A DNA stretch of 64,000 bases from Octopus vulgaris. Lineage: Eukaryota. The notes below the pieces were generated by a model. That model did no database searches, was not told where the DNA came from, and saw only the letters and a program-made list of their open reading frames with translations. Each line of letters opens with the position of its first letter. The stretch's first letter is position 1. The stretch spans positions 129,394,001 to 129,458,000 of the forward strand of contig OX597817.1 in assembly GCA_951406725.2 (NCBI GenBank). The letters run 5' to 3'. This document shows, one piece after another, positions 1 through 13,675 of this stretch. A program made the translations under genes and the position numbers.

Positions 1-37
1 TGAATGATCTGTTGTAAGAATACTGGACATATATGGT

Positions 38-312
38 AAAAGTCGACCTCGGCGGAATTTGAACTCAGAACGTAACGGCAGGCGAAATACCTATTTCTTT
101 ATTACCCACAAGGGGCTAAACACAGAGGGGACAAACAAGGACAGACATAGGTATTAAGTCGATTACATCGACCCCAGTGCGTAACTGGTACTTAATTTAT
201 CGACCCCGAAAGGATGAAAGGCAAAGTCGACCTCGGCGGAATTTGAACTCACAACGTAACGCAGGCGAAATACCGCTAAGCATTTCGCCCGGCGTGCTAA
301 CGCTTCTGTCAG
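38..312 (-). mobile_element. tRNA-derived SINE (octopus CORE-like family), partial head-to-tail dimer
   Basis: Reverse complement reads GTTAGCACGCCGGGCGAAATGCTTAGCGGTATTTCG...GAGTTCAAATTCCGCCGAGGTCGACTTTGCCTTTCATCCTTTCGGGGTCGATAAATTAAGTACCAG (B-box-like GAGTTCAAATTCC). The same sequence recurs at 35.7, 39.7-41.2 and 43.7-44.3 kb. Confidence 0.85.
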
Positions 313-1061
313 CTTCTATGTGTGTGTGAGTGTATGTGCGTGAGAGTGTGTGTATGTGCGTGTGTGTGCATGTTATGTGCGTGTATGTGTGTATGTGTTT
401 ATGCGTGTGTATGTGCGTGCGTGTACATGTACGTGTGTGTGTATGTGTGTGTATGTGTATATGTGTGTGTATGTATGTGTGTGTGTATGTAAGTGTTTGG
501 GTATCTGCCAACACTGTATGCGTAAGTAAATAGATGTGTGATACATGCATAGATACATGCATACTAAGTATGATGTAGCATGGTAGTAAAAGTTGCCCCT
601 TGAATACGGGGTATATACGAAGGTTAGAAAGAAATGAAGCGATTACGTACCGCTTGGTGTGTAATGTTAGTAGGCATGGACGGCAAAGCACAAATAAACT
701 AAGAGAAAAAGCGAGCGCAAGGAATCGGATGCAGAGTGTAATATGCTGGTGTATAGATGTCACGTGCATAGAGGAAGTCAGCTGGGTAGAGAAGTGCCCA
801 GAGACCCAAGTAGTTGGAAGAGGATGGCAGAGAAAAATATGAACAGAAGTACTGAAAGCTGGTATCATCATTATCCTCCTCCGCCTCCTCCTCCTCCTCC
901 TCCTCTCATCATCATCATCATCTTCATCATCATTATCATCATCATTCTTGTTATCATCATCATCACTTTTACGTCCGTTTTCCATGCTAACATGGTGCTG
1001 GTGATGGTGGTTAGGATGCACTTCCTGCTGATTATGATGATGACAGCTAGATAGATAGAAT

Positions 1062-1121
<60 letters not shown>

Positions 1122-1202
1122 CATACATACATACATACATACATACATACATACATACATACATACATACATGCATACATACATACATACATACATTTAA
1201 AA

Positions 1203-1520
1203 AGACTCCGCCGGTTACGACGACGAGGGTCCCAGCTGATACGATCAACGGAACAGCTTGCTCGTGAAATAACGTGCAAATGGCTGAGCATTCCACAGAC
1301 ACGTGTACCCTTAACGTAGTTCTCGGGGATAATCAGCGTGACACAGAGAGTGACAAGGCTGACCCTTTGAAATACAAGTACAACTCATTTTTGCCAGCTG
1401 AATGGACTGGAGCAACGTGAAATAAAGTGTCTTGCTCAAGGACACAACGCGTCGCCGGGAATCGAACTCACAACCTTACGATCATGAGCCGAATGCCCTA
1501 ACCACTAAGCCACGCGCCCT
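1203..1520 (-). mobile_element. tRNA-derived SINE (second family)
   Basis: Minus strand GGCGCGTGGCTTAGTGGTTAGGGC (A box) ... GAGTTCGATTCCC (B box), then TGTGTCCTTGAGCAAGACACTTT. Related copies at ~46586, ~48020-48155 and ~49420-49629. Confidence 0.8.
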
Positions 1521-3219
1521 CACACATACATACATACATACATACATACATACATACATACATACATACATACATACATACATACATACATACATACATG
1601 TATGTGTGTTTGTATGTGAGAGTCTAAATATTTAAATGTGTTATTGTCGTTTAGCCCCAGTTAGAATACCTATGATCAAAATTAGTCCAAAATCTATCAC
1701 GTCTATATAGGAATAGATATGACTGCATTATCTAAAATACCCATATTATTTGTAAGAAGGTGAAATGTCATTAGAATGGAGTCTGTGTCATATTTGTAAT
1801 AAATCGAGTGACTTTCTGGACGTGGTTATGATCAGATTAGCTGAGGTGCAATTATTCTATAATGTCAGATAGATGTAATAAAATCGCATAACATTCGTTA
1901 TTTATTCTCACCTGATCATCGAAGCTTGCTCCAGTTTTTATCTGAGTGGATTGTGCAAATGAATGTGTCCCGCTGGTCAGAAAGTCCAGAAATATTTACT
2001 GCCTACATCTTCTGCACGGAAGGTTCAATACACTGTGGGTGATGTGCAATCATGTACTGAGACTGCGGCATCTGCAGTATTTCCAGGACTTCGAACAAAT
2101 GTAATCACCGTTTTTCAGACATGCCTTCCCACTGATCAGCTCTTTTGCCGGGCTGCAACCCTGGCTGAACAAGCACTACGGTTGAGCAACCGGTGTCTAA
2201 TATGTAAGACTCATACTTGCATATCAGTCAGTGAATACAGTGGGTAATACATTAATCCTTGTATTTTATAGAGAATTAGTTGGTGCACTAGAGCGATGAC
2301 TTTCACAGGGAAACTTTAGGTGTCAAAGAAAATGAATTGAATAGTCTATACAAGAAGAATTTCAACCTGAGTACAATGGGACAATTTTGAAGCAATCTCT
2401 GATTTGGTTGCAGTGTTGAATTAGGGCTGCATAATCTGTTCAAGTTAAGCTCTACAAGTTAACCGAGTCTGTTCGCCGTCTGAGAACAACGATATAGTGT
2501 TCTGCATGCTCTCGTTCAATGTCTAAGTATGTTTGAATGGTACTAACATGAAAAGATATACTGAACAACTATTGACGTGTTATCCGACTAATGCGACCAT
2601 CAGCCGAGACGAATGTTAGAATCATTGTGCCACGCTTTATTAGATAGCTAGAGCAAAGCGTTTTACTTGGAAAAGCTAATGCATCGTGGCCTAGAGTCAA
2701 AACAGGTTATATTCTTCGGTCAAGCTTTCATCAACCTATGAAGGGGGATGAGGATCTAGACATTAAGCAGTAAATTTTCTGAAATTTTGGTGAGTGTGGT
2801 GAATATGGCCAAAGTAAATGGATCTATTTCAGAATGTACTTGTAAACCGGAGAACATAGATGAGAGAAAGGATTTGCTCTTAGTTTATAGAACATTTATT
2901 TTTCATTCCAGTTAAGTTGTTTTTCATGTTTTCTTTGACTCCATTCTATGTAAACTCCCATTGATTTTGAGTTTTGTTCAAATAATATCCTGTCATCCGC
3001 TTAATGTAAAATAATTACCGCTGTTATTGTTGTAATAATAATAATAATAATAATAATAATTTTTTTTTTAGACATTCACTACTACAACACTAAATACAAA
3101 ACCAAATATATGGCACACTAGGCATAACAACAACACGAACTTCCAACCTGTTGTCTCTTGAGGTCCCTCGGTGAGACTTGGAGCCAACTTGTACAAATAT
3201 AAAGCAAAAGTCAAACATA

Positions 3220-3268
<49 letters not shown>

Positions 3269-5498
3269 TATTATTATTATTATTATTATTATTATCATCA
3301 TCATCAGCATTAAGGGGGTGAGTTGACAGAGTCGTTTGTACACCGGACAAAATGCTTAAAGGTATTCCACCCCTCTTTGCGTTCTGAGCTCAAATTCCAC
3401 CGATATCAACTTTCCTGTCGGTAAAAGAAGTGCCATTTAAGCATTTGAGATCGATATAATTGACTAGCTCCCTTTCCACAAATTTTAAGCCTTGCACCTA
3501 TAGCAAAAAGGATAATCATTAGACGAGCACTGCTGAGAGCAAGTCTCAACAAAATGTAGTGACTCGAACGACGCGCTCGTCTATAAATGCCTAATGCGCG
3601 TCCGGCTCTATTATTTATTTATATTAATTAACTAATTAACTCATCTAATAGTCCATTACATTAGAACGAAATTTATATGATGTTCCTTGTATTACAAGGA
3701 TTCCAAATATATATAATTTGTATTTTTTAAATTTTATTTTTAATTCATTAATTAAAATTTTGTTTGCATTTTTTGAGTCGTCGTCATTTTCTGACTTTCT
3801 TTCAGCCACTCAAACCTAATACGCTCTTTTGAGTTACGCGAGAGGTCTATCGAGTTTCATTGTTATTACTGTGGCCCAGCCCGCAGCAGGTCATAATTAA
3901 TATTAATATAATACAAACTAACACAGAAACCCTAATGACAAATGGAATATTATTAGTGACACTCAGTTTACTGCATATAATGTCAATTTCCCTTCTAAAA
4001 TGAATTATATTGTTTCCTTTTTTTTTTTAACGTATTTAATCAAATTTAAAAAAATTAAATGAATTAAAAGATATGAAATTGCATTTCTTTATCTAATAAA
4101 CTAAATATTTGGTGGCCTTTTCCCCATTAAATTCAACCATCACCTCACTACAGTATGTGGGTGTAAACCGTATGATAACGGGCTAACGATGGTACTGGTA
4201 CTTGCTTTTTCTTGATGAAAATTTAATGCTTAAAAGATATAATTTAAAAAAGGAAGAAATTTTATAGGAAAAAAATTTCTTGAAAAACAAAAAGAATTCA
4301 ACAAAATGCTCTATTGAAAAAATACCAACAAATATTAAACTTTAAAAAGAAAGAAACAAGTAGTTATTTCTTTAAAAAAAATTACCAATATTTCGTAAAA
4401 GTATATCTTTAAAAAATTTTACTAAAACGCATTTTGTTTCACTTTTTTTAAAATTTAAAATCATTTATAATTTTAATCTTAAAAACATACAAAACTAATG
4501 AATAATTTAAGGCAGAAAAAAGATGGTAAATTACTACTGTTACAACAAAACGACAAAAACATTTGATCAAACAAAGATTAAGAATTGCAATTAATGTATA
4601 GAAATTATCAAGCAGAAAAAAGATTTTTAATTGCAAATTATTAACAGTAATAAAAATATTTATTATTTTGTTATATTTCATTTATATTATAATTAATTCA
4701 TTTAAATCTTTGTAACTATTTCAATTTATTATTTCAATTTTGAAAGTTGCAGCGCAATATTATTGTTATAAAAAAATTAGATCATTATAATTAAAATGAT
4801 AATTAATTAAAAAATATAATTAAAATTAGAAAGTAGTAATAAAGTATCTGTAATATCATACATACAGCATAAATTAATTTGGCAAAAAGGTAAAGTTAAA
4901 CAATCTAAAATGACTTAAATTTACCCAAAATGAGTAGGCTGTCCATTTTTAGTTCAATTTATATAACATATATTACATAAAATAAACTAAAAGTTAATAA
5001 AATAAGATAAGCTTGTATAATTTAATTGCATAAAAAATAAGTGTACATATTGCTATTTTTTATATGCATATATATGTAGATCAAATCAGTTTAAAAAGTA
5101 AGCAGCCCACTCAAAGGTGAATAGTGCTAGTCTTCATATGAACGCACTTCACTCTTCATTACAAAAAAAAACAAAACCTTTATCTAATTTAGAAGTAAAC
5201 AGTAGAATTTGCTTAATTAAAAATAGATAAAAATAGTAAAAATAATAATTCAAAGAAAAGTAATAATAAAGGATGACATAGCTTAAATTAATATTTAAGT
5301 GGTTAAACATAGACGAATTCAACCGATATACTCTATATCTATTCCGAAACTTTTTCATTATATTTAATGTGATTTGATGAATTCTTTTTTTGTTTTTCAA
5401 GAAATTTTTTTCACATAAAATTTACATATTTGTGTATGAGTACATGTGCTAGTGCGTGTTTACATATAATCGTAGATAAACACGTAAATATATGTACA

Positions 5499-5570
<72 letters not shown>

Positions 5571-6102
5571 AATGTATGTGTGTTTATAAATGTGTTTATG
5601 CGTGTATTATATTACTGGTAAGTTAAGAGTGCTTCGTTTTTTTTTCTTTTTGCGGTAATGCAGTATACAGCATACAGCATAGCTTATTTAACCAACACTG
5701 TATACCACGATAACTATGTACAATAGATCTGTACTATATGTTAGTGGATAGAAAAGGAAGGACCTGTCGTATATACGTTTCAAATATTGCTGGAATCGTC
5801 TATCCCCTTTAACCATCCACGAACATACTTTTATAAATCTATTAATATTACTGGTAAAAATAAACCGGGGAGAACACTTTGCATATTTAACTCTTTTCTT
5901 ATAAGCTAGATGAAACATTCATTTAATGGTTTATTAAGCGGGTATAGAGAAAATAGTCGCTGAAAACGAAACCAGCAGGAATTGAAATGTAATTATAACT
6001 ATTGCTGCTTTCCCTGTCAATTAAAATATTGTATAGACATATTGTTTTCAATCGTCATATCACAGTGTTGGTTAATCAACCTATAGATATGTACTATGAT
6101 CC

Positions 6103-6147
<45 letters not shown>

Positions 6148-7354
6148 ACACACATACACACTCACACACACACACACATTCTTATCTCTGAATACACTAA
6201 AGATTAGTGTTCATTCAAATATTACTATATTCATAGATCTTTTTAAATAATACTTTTATATAAAAGAGAGATAGATGAGAGAGAAAGCGAAATGGAGAGA
6301 GAAAAAGAGAGACTCCAAGTCAAAGATAGAACGCAAAATAACAATGTAAAGGAAAACGGTGAGCAAGTGATAAAAGGAAAATGGAAGAGTGGGAGAATAT
6401 GTCAAGAGTTAGTAGGAAGTAGGAGGACAGCAGATATTAAACAACACACCGACCGCAGACGATCAAGTAAGCTTTCGGCTCCGTGTATTGGTTTATATAA
6501 ATTAAGCAACATAAAGTGTGGAGAGCTAAAGGACTTATGTTTGGTTGGCTGGCTAGCTTAGTGGTTGGTCACTGAGAATAGTTGGCTGGCTGGTAGTTGA
6601 TGAATGTCAAGTTAGGTCAGCTTTGAGATGTAATTAATGTATCTTTGATGAGGCTATCGATTTGTATAAGACAGACATCACCGCAGTTGGTCTATAAACG
6701 AGATCAGGCACACACACTCACACACAGACACACACAAGCACTCAAACACGCACATACTTACATACACGAGGACTCACACAAGCGTATACAAACACACACT
6801 CGTACACACAGACATACACAGGAACATGCACACATACACACACACATATATACATATATGCATACGCACACTTATACATGTGTTTACATTTATATGCATA
6901 TGTACATAAGTACACACATGCACACACGCACACATACGCACTTATATAAACAATAACGTACGTTTTCACAATACTTATTCATGAATGTATGTGTGTATTT
7001 ATGCACACATATACACAGGCATATTCAAACATATTTACACACACGTATGTATGTATGTATATATGTATGTATATGTATGTATGTATTCGTAAATATGAGA
7101 TTCGTCTATTGCTTTGCCAAAAAGTTACAGACAAGGAAAAACCTGGAAGCAGGTGTGTTGTTCTGATGCAGCGTACGAGTTTTATTTGTCGTTTATCCTG
7201 AGGCCTTTCTTTGCACTGTCTCTCTCAAACACCTCAGGACATCCGAATAGAATGCTTTATTGATCATCCGACTATGTGTAACAAAAACATGATGAACGAC
7301 GACTTTACAGACGATCAACATTATTTTTATATATGAGAGGTTTTATTTTTTTCT

Positions 7355-7577
7355 TCATCTTGGCGACGATAAACCATTCTTCTGCAACGTGTGTCTGTGG
7401 GAGGTGAGAGCGTGATGTTTCCGAAGAAGTAGTCGTCTGGAAATGTTTCTTGTTATCATTTTATACATATGTATTATTGACCGTTCGTGTTCAATGTATG
7501 GGTTTTGCTTGTTCGCCGGCTCGCTGCCGTATAGCGCTCTAGATAAAACTCCCTCATAAGACTGAGTTTTAAAACAC
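7355..7577 (-). CDS. Putative terminal coding exon of an unidentified minus-strand gene
   Basis: Pyrimidine tract plus TTTCAG acceptor (AG at 7579-7578), followed by non-repetitive sequence. Two usable frames: (G)VLKLSLMREFYLERYTAASRRTSKTHTLNTNGQ* (stop 7474) or (R)CFKTQSYEGVLSRALYGSEPANKQNPY...SSPR* (stop 7355). No homology recognised. Confidence 0.3.
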
Positions 7578-7702
7578 CTGAAAGTCATAGACAGGCAAGA
7601 CAAACAAAACACATACATTGAGTATGTGTAGTCGATAGTGTTTACAACACTAGTGCTGCTTTTAATTCATAATTGAACACACACACACAAACACACATAT
7701 AT

Positions 7703-7898
7703 AGATGATGATGATGATGGCTGCCCGTTTGTGACCGTGAAAGACCATCACAGGCCATTGGTCATGAGAAATACCGGCAAGGCTGGTACATAAGGTTATT
7801 GCACCAGCAGTTGGCCTCACCCAGCTTTACGTCCGCAGCTTGCACAGAACTTCACACACATTATCCACCCTAATGACATGATGACATGATCTAGGGAC

Positions 7899-7900
<2 letters not shown>
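7703..7900 (-). mobile_element. Short retroposon fragment with RTE-like 3' tail
   Basis: Minus strand ends GATGGTCTTTCACGGTCACAAACGGGCAGCCATCATCATCATC, resembling the tail at 14190-14226 and RTE-type 3' ends. Confidence 0.5.
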
Positions 7901-7945
<45 letters not shown>

Positions 7946-8005
7946 TACACACATATATATATATATATATATATACATACATACATACATACATGCATAC
8001 ATACA

Positions 8006-8039
<34 letters not shown>

Positions 8040-8759
8040 CATACATACATACATACATACATACATACATACATACATACATACATACATACATACATAC
8101 ATACATACATACATAAGTAATAATTTTAAATTTGGGTGTACACCTAGTAGTATGCCGTTTAAAGGTCGTACTCAGAATTTGGCAACCTAAAGTTAACAAC
8201 ACCATGCGTGTATATGCCACGTTTTGACAAGTCCCCTGACAAGAGGCATCTGTACCTATGATGCACCAAAACTCTTTCTACACCATCTCATCCGCGAGGC
8301 ACCGGTACACGATGGGTCGAAACGATCGCAGTGAGTAATAAAGTCTCGTGGATTTCATTTTTTTCTCAATACATACATACATACATACATACATACATAC
8401 ATACATACATACATACATACATACATACATACATGTATGTGTGTGTGTGTATATACGAAAAATCCAGTGAAATCCGTGAAAGTAGAGTCAGTGTATCCAG
8501 TAGTAATCCGGGTTGATTGCTTGTATGTAGATGAGGATAGATGCAGAAAGTTCGGGAAGGGTTAAGATATGCAAGTCCAAAGAGTAGGAAGTTCAGGCAG
8601 GATAAAATTGGGGTAACCACGTGAGCGTATAATATATAGTTGAAATTTATAGAAAAACAAAAGACGAAGACAGGAATATGAACAACAAGTAGAAGTATTA
8701 GTTTGACACTCGGGAAAATGAAAATATCTTTTAGGTTTCGAGTCTACGCTCTCTTATTT

Positions 8760-9270
8760 CTTTCTAGAATCATGCGACAGGAAACCTTTACAGATGATTG
8801 CTTTTTCGGAAATTCCACGGGTAGTCAGATGACGATGACAACTTTTGCAATGTACTTGTTGCCCATTGTGCAAAAGGTTTCCCGAATTTATAATCATCTT
8901 CTGTAGATATGCTTCTCAATTTGAAACATTGTAGAACTTATGTCATTGAACATGATCCACATAAATTTCCCCGAAGCTCTATTGCTGCATAATATAAGAA
9001 AATCTCTGTGAATTTGTTTTCCTGACTGAAACAGAATTTCATACACATACAAAGACAAAAAGCCTCAATAACCGTCTCAATTATATTTCCATTTTGAGAT
9101 AAATTGCCAAGTGCACTACACATGCATTCACTTTAGCACGTGTAGACTAATGACTAACGCAAGTGGCATGAGGTGACTATTATCAGACTGGTGGTAAATA
9201 TCGTCAATACACAGCACTGCAATTCAAAGCACACTGCGCTGACTGATTAATGCAGAAACAACTGAGGTAC
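8760..9270 (-). mobile_element. Degenerate mariner transposase N-terminal (HTH) remnant
   Basis: Translation CMKFCFSQENKFTEIF resembles the mariner CIKFCVKLGKNATET motif. Many stops. Confidence 0.45.
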
Positions 9271-9951
9271 ACCCAGTACTTTTTATTATTTTGTCGCTTC
9301 TTGAAAACCGGTGTTCAACAGTGAACAAATATCAGAATCGACTGTCGTCCCAATAAGTAACACATATATCTCTTGTAGTGTAGACTATATATGAATGTAT
9401 GAATATAGAAGCTGAAATGTGCACGGAACTTCGAAAATACATGCAAGTGCGACTTCTGCATGCTCTATATCTATTAATAGCCTTAGATAGGTTTACGTAA
9501 CACATAAACATATATATGTGCAATACACACTCATGCAACAAGCATACATACACCACTGGCTTTGCTGAGCTGTTTCTCTTTGTTCATTTTTGTTTTAATT
9601 ATACCAATTACATTAGGTCAGAGATGTTGTCTACACCCTTTTTCAATGTGTATTGTATTGTTAGAGTCATGCAGGACAAATCTGTTCTGATGACGCTTAT
9701 TGAGGAAGAAGCACGTGTTGACAACTTCCCTCTTGTTTCCATTTAAAAAGAAACTTCATTTAATGATATTTCAATTCCGGAGAATTATCGATTTCTTGAA
9801 TTTATTTCTCCTTGTCTATCAGAATCGGTTGCAATTGTCATACGATGTTTGTTTGCCTTTCTCTCAAAGCAAAACGTAATTTCAGAAAGGATCGAAAATG
9901 TATCTTGTGTGCATTTCTTTATCACACACGCACGTGTGCATACACACACAC

Positions 9952-9989
<38 letters not shown>

Positions 9990-10136
9990 GCATAAATGTT
10001 AATTTGATGAAAGTGAGATGGGTTGTAACTGTAGTGCACAACGTCTGTCACAGACACATAATCATACATACATACATACATACATACATACATACATACA
10101 TACATACATACATGCATACATACATACATACATACA

Positions 10137-10169
<33 letters not shown>

Positions 10170-10251
10170 GCATACATACATACATACATCATGCATACAT
10201 ACATACATACATACATACATACATACATACATACATACATACATACATACA

Positions 10252-11390
10252 TTAGACTTGGAAAACAGCTCCTTGAACAACACTCTTTGTCTGATTACCT
10301 AGAATACATGCCCAAAGAAGTCACACGACTCCTCCGCAGCGTATCATCAGATGAAAGAATGAGCCTTATGAGCAGAAGACTATGCATGAACGAATAGCCG
10401 GATTACTACCTCCCACTTTATAGGGTATGCGTTTGCAATCCAGGAAAAAGAAATATTAACGAAATACCTGACGCACATATGGGATAGAGATGCATGAAAG
10501 GCCATGAAATGTGGCAACCAATGCAGACTTTGTGGAGTTCACACTAAAGATATTACCTACATCGTAAGCAGTTGTCCGAAAATGTCATCACTATGTTATC
10601 TACCGATGAGACATGATGTTGTAGCAAAGACACTCTATAATGAAATCAGTTGGAAAGATAATCCCGAGGACAAAGAAATAAGAACCCACAATATGGTAGA
10701 AGCCATAGCCACTCATAATGAAAAGAAATAGTGTTGGAATGACCCAGTGAAGACCACAATAAAATATAAGCACAACAGACCTAATATAATGATTTGGGAT
10801 GGAGAAGAGAAACTGTGCACAGTTGTAGAAATTAGCTGCTCAGAAGATGTTAACATAAGGCTGAAGATCAGTGGAAAAGAGAACACCTATGCTGAACTAT
10901 TGAGAAATCTGCAGTTACTCTATCCAGATTACAAGTTCAGGTTTATACCTGTAATTATTGGGGTCCTGAGATATGTGACACACTGCCTAAATACAAATCT
11001 TGAGAAATTAGGCTTCTAAAAACCAGAAAGAAGAACGTTAATTCGAAGACTACAGATCCAGTTCATCACTGGAAATGTAAAAATCTGTAAAACTTTCCAG
11101 ACGTTTATCATTTAAATATATATGAGCATGTTTAGATATGCAACTATATGCATGAGAATACATACATAAAACATACGAATCTGCTCATACATAAAACATA
11201 CATAGATACATACATACATACATACATACATACATACATACATACATACATACATACATACATACATACATACATTCATACAAATATACCCTGTTGTTGA
11301 TGTTGAAATTCCAATGAAAGAGCCTTGGATCTTGGTTAGAAATCGATTCTTTCTCTATTGACAAGATATCTTGAAATAAACCGAATAATG
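10252..11390 (+). mobile_element. 5'-truncated R4/Dong-like non-LTR retrotransposon (restriction-like endonuclease C-terminus)
   Basis: CRLCG..TKDITYIVSSCP (degenerate CCHC finger), RHDVVAK, KHNRPNIMIWD..VVEISC..K..Y (PD-(D/E)xK RLE). Directly follows a (TACA)n tract. Confidence 0.8.
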
Positions 11391-11473
11391 ACATATATAC
11401 ATACGAGAGTACGTACGCAAACATATAAGGTAAGACAGAGAGAGAGAGAGAGAGAGAGAAATAAAGAGACAGA

Positions 11474-11509
<36 letters not shown>

Positions 11510-11814
11510 GGAAGAAGAGTGTATTTAAAATTGTAAGTTTTTTCTTTAGTACCAATGGAACAGAACAATGAGGCAAACACAGAGAAAGGCAGAGAGAAAG
11601 ACGAGAATCAACCTCACTATATGACTTTTACTTTATATCCCTCATCCAAGTTGACTGGTTGCAATTATCTTCCTTTTTCACTCAGTGCTTCAACCATACC
11701 CTGCAGCGTCAGTCACAATTAGTGACAATTGAACTTTTCGTTCTTATTTTTATATTGCGTATAGCCGCCTTCGTTGATTTATATGTGTGTGTGTGTATGT
11801 GTGTGTGTGTGTGT

Positions 11815-11904
11815 AATTTAAAATAATTTAATTTAATATATAAATATTCCAAAATGATGATGCTATGATTCTAGGTGTTTCCATTATTTTGTCCAACCCC
11901 TGTA
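11815..11904 (-). mobile_element. Tc1-like 5' terminal fragment
   Basis: Reverse complement TACAGGGGTTGGACAAAATAATGGAAACACCTAGAATCATAGCATC matches the 5' end of the Tc1 at 12630. Confidence 0.7.
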
Positions 11905-11943
11905 TATCTATATATATACATGTATATATATATATATATACAC

Positions 11944-11985
<42 letters not shown>

Positions 11986-12069
11986 ATGTATGTATGTATG
12001 TATGTATGTATGTATGTATGTATGTATGCATGTGTGTATGTATGTATATATGTAGGTAGGTAGGAAGGT

Positions 12070-12625
12070 AGATATGTGTGTATGTATATGTAGATTTGTA
12101 TGTTTTATGCATGTATTCTCATGCATATAATTTCATATCTAGACATGCTCATTTATATTTAACTGATAAATTTCTGGAAAGTTTTACAGATTTTTACAGT
12201 TCCAGTGATGGATTGGATCTGTCGTCTTTGAATTAGCTTTCTCCTTTCTGGTTTTTAGAAGCCTAATTTCTCAAAACTGGTATTTATGTGTCACATATCC
12301 CATGGCCCCATAATTATATGTAATCTGGATAGAGAAACTTCAGATTTCTCAATAATTCAGCATAGGTGTTCTCTTTTTCACTGATCTTCAGCCTTATGGT
12401 AACATCTGCTGAGCAGCTAATTTCCACCGCTATGCACAGTTTCTCTTCCTTATCTCAAATCATTATATCAGGTCTGTTGTGCTTACGCTTTATTGAGGTC
12501 TTCACTGGGATATTCCACCAGTATTTCTTTTTATTACCAGTGACTATGGCTTCTACCATATTGCGGGTTCTTATTTCTTTGTCCTCGGGATTATCCTTCC
12601 GACGGTTTTGATTATAGAGTGTCAT
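12070..12625 (-). mobile_element. Second R4/Dong-like RLE fragment
   Basis: Inverted homolog of ~10630-11180 (DNPEDKEIRTRNMVEAI...KHNRPDIMI). Adjoins a (TATG)n tract. Confidence 0.8.
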
Positions 12626-12629
12626 ATGT

Positions 12630-13494
12630 GAAGGGATTGGACGAAATAATGGAAACATCTAGCATCATAGCATCATAATTTTGAAATATTATAAAACCGT
12701 CAAAAGCTTGTTTATTTTTATGTTTTCTTTTTATTTATTAGTAGTGTTGCTTAATATGTTTTGCTAAAACTGTTGTCTCTTTTCAGATATCATCAGAAAA
12801 CGGTAATAAAAATTCATATAATGAGATATCTATCGGATTTTCAAAGCAATGAAAGGATGTTATTTTCTCGGAAGAGTCGTCCTTTACCATATTTCCTACA
12901 ACTAGCCGAGTATACAGCCAAAAGAAGCAATTGACCCAGACTGTCTTTTTCCAACGGTTAAACATGGAGGAGGATCTGTGATGATCTGGGAGGCTATATC
13001 TTGGTAATTCGCCGGGCCACTGGTTTCCTTTCATGGCAGAATTAATAGCCAAGCCTATTTAAGCAGTTTATCTGGTCAAATTCATCCTATGGTTGCGGAA
13101 CAGTTTCCGGGCTGAAACGCAATCTTTCAGGATGATAATGCACCAATTCACACAGCTAAAGTTGTTAATGAATGGCACGAGGAACATTTTGGTGAAGTTG
13201 AACATCTTATCTGGCCACCACAGTAACCAGATCTCAATATTATTGAACATTTATGGTGCATTTTAGAGATACAAGTAAGGAGTCGATATTCTCCAACATC
13301 ATCACTACAATAACTGGAGACTGTTTTAGCTAAAGAATGGACAAAAATTCCTTTGGAAACAATTGAAAGTTTGTACGAGTCCATACCTGGTAGAATTCAA
13401 GCTGTATTTACTGCCAAAGGCGATCCTACCCCATATTAAAATAAATTTGTTTGAAATTTTAAGGTGTTTCCGTTATTTTGTCCAACCCTTCTAT
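12630..13494 (+). mobile_element. Internally deleted, degenerate Tc1-like DNA transposon
   Basis: ~30-bp TIRs (AAGGGATTGGACGAAATAATGGAAACATCT / AGGTGTTTCCGTTATTTTGTCCAACCCTT). Remnant motifs VIFSEESSF, VKHGGGSVMIW, IFQDDNAPIHTAK, WPPQ*PDLNIIEHLW. Confidence 0.9.
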
Positions 13495-13605
13495 AACATT
13501 ATTCAGTTTATTTCAAGATTTCTTGCCAATACAGAAAGAACCTGTTTCTAACCTAGATCCAAGAGTCCTTCATTGAAATTTCAACATCAACAACAAGGTA
13601 TTTAT
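13495..13605 (-). mobile_element. Isolated copy of the segment found 3' of the R4/Dong-like element
   Basis: Reverse-complement similarity to 11285-11390, again next to a (TATG)n tract. Confidence 0.6.
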
Positions 13606-13675
13606 GGTATGTATGTATGTATGTATGTATGTATGTATGTATGTATGTATGTATGTATGTATGTATGTATGTATT

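Noticed and set aside
197-1302. 364-aa ORF and the many MYVC/YIHT/IYLS/HTHT ORFs across the window
   Set aside because: Translations of stop-free microsatellites and SINE sequence; no coding signal.
1912-2247. Candidate exon (minus-strand CAG|GTGAG donor) or 94-aa plus ORF
   Set aside because: All three minus frames contain stops and no family is recognisable; probably an old TE remnant.
3600-5420. Possible mitochondrial insertion (NUMT)
   Set aside because: AT-rich, but no recognisable 12S/16S rRNA, tRNA or mitochondrial protein motifs were found.
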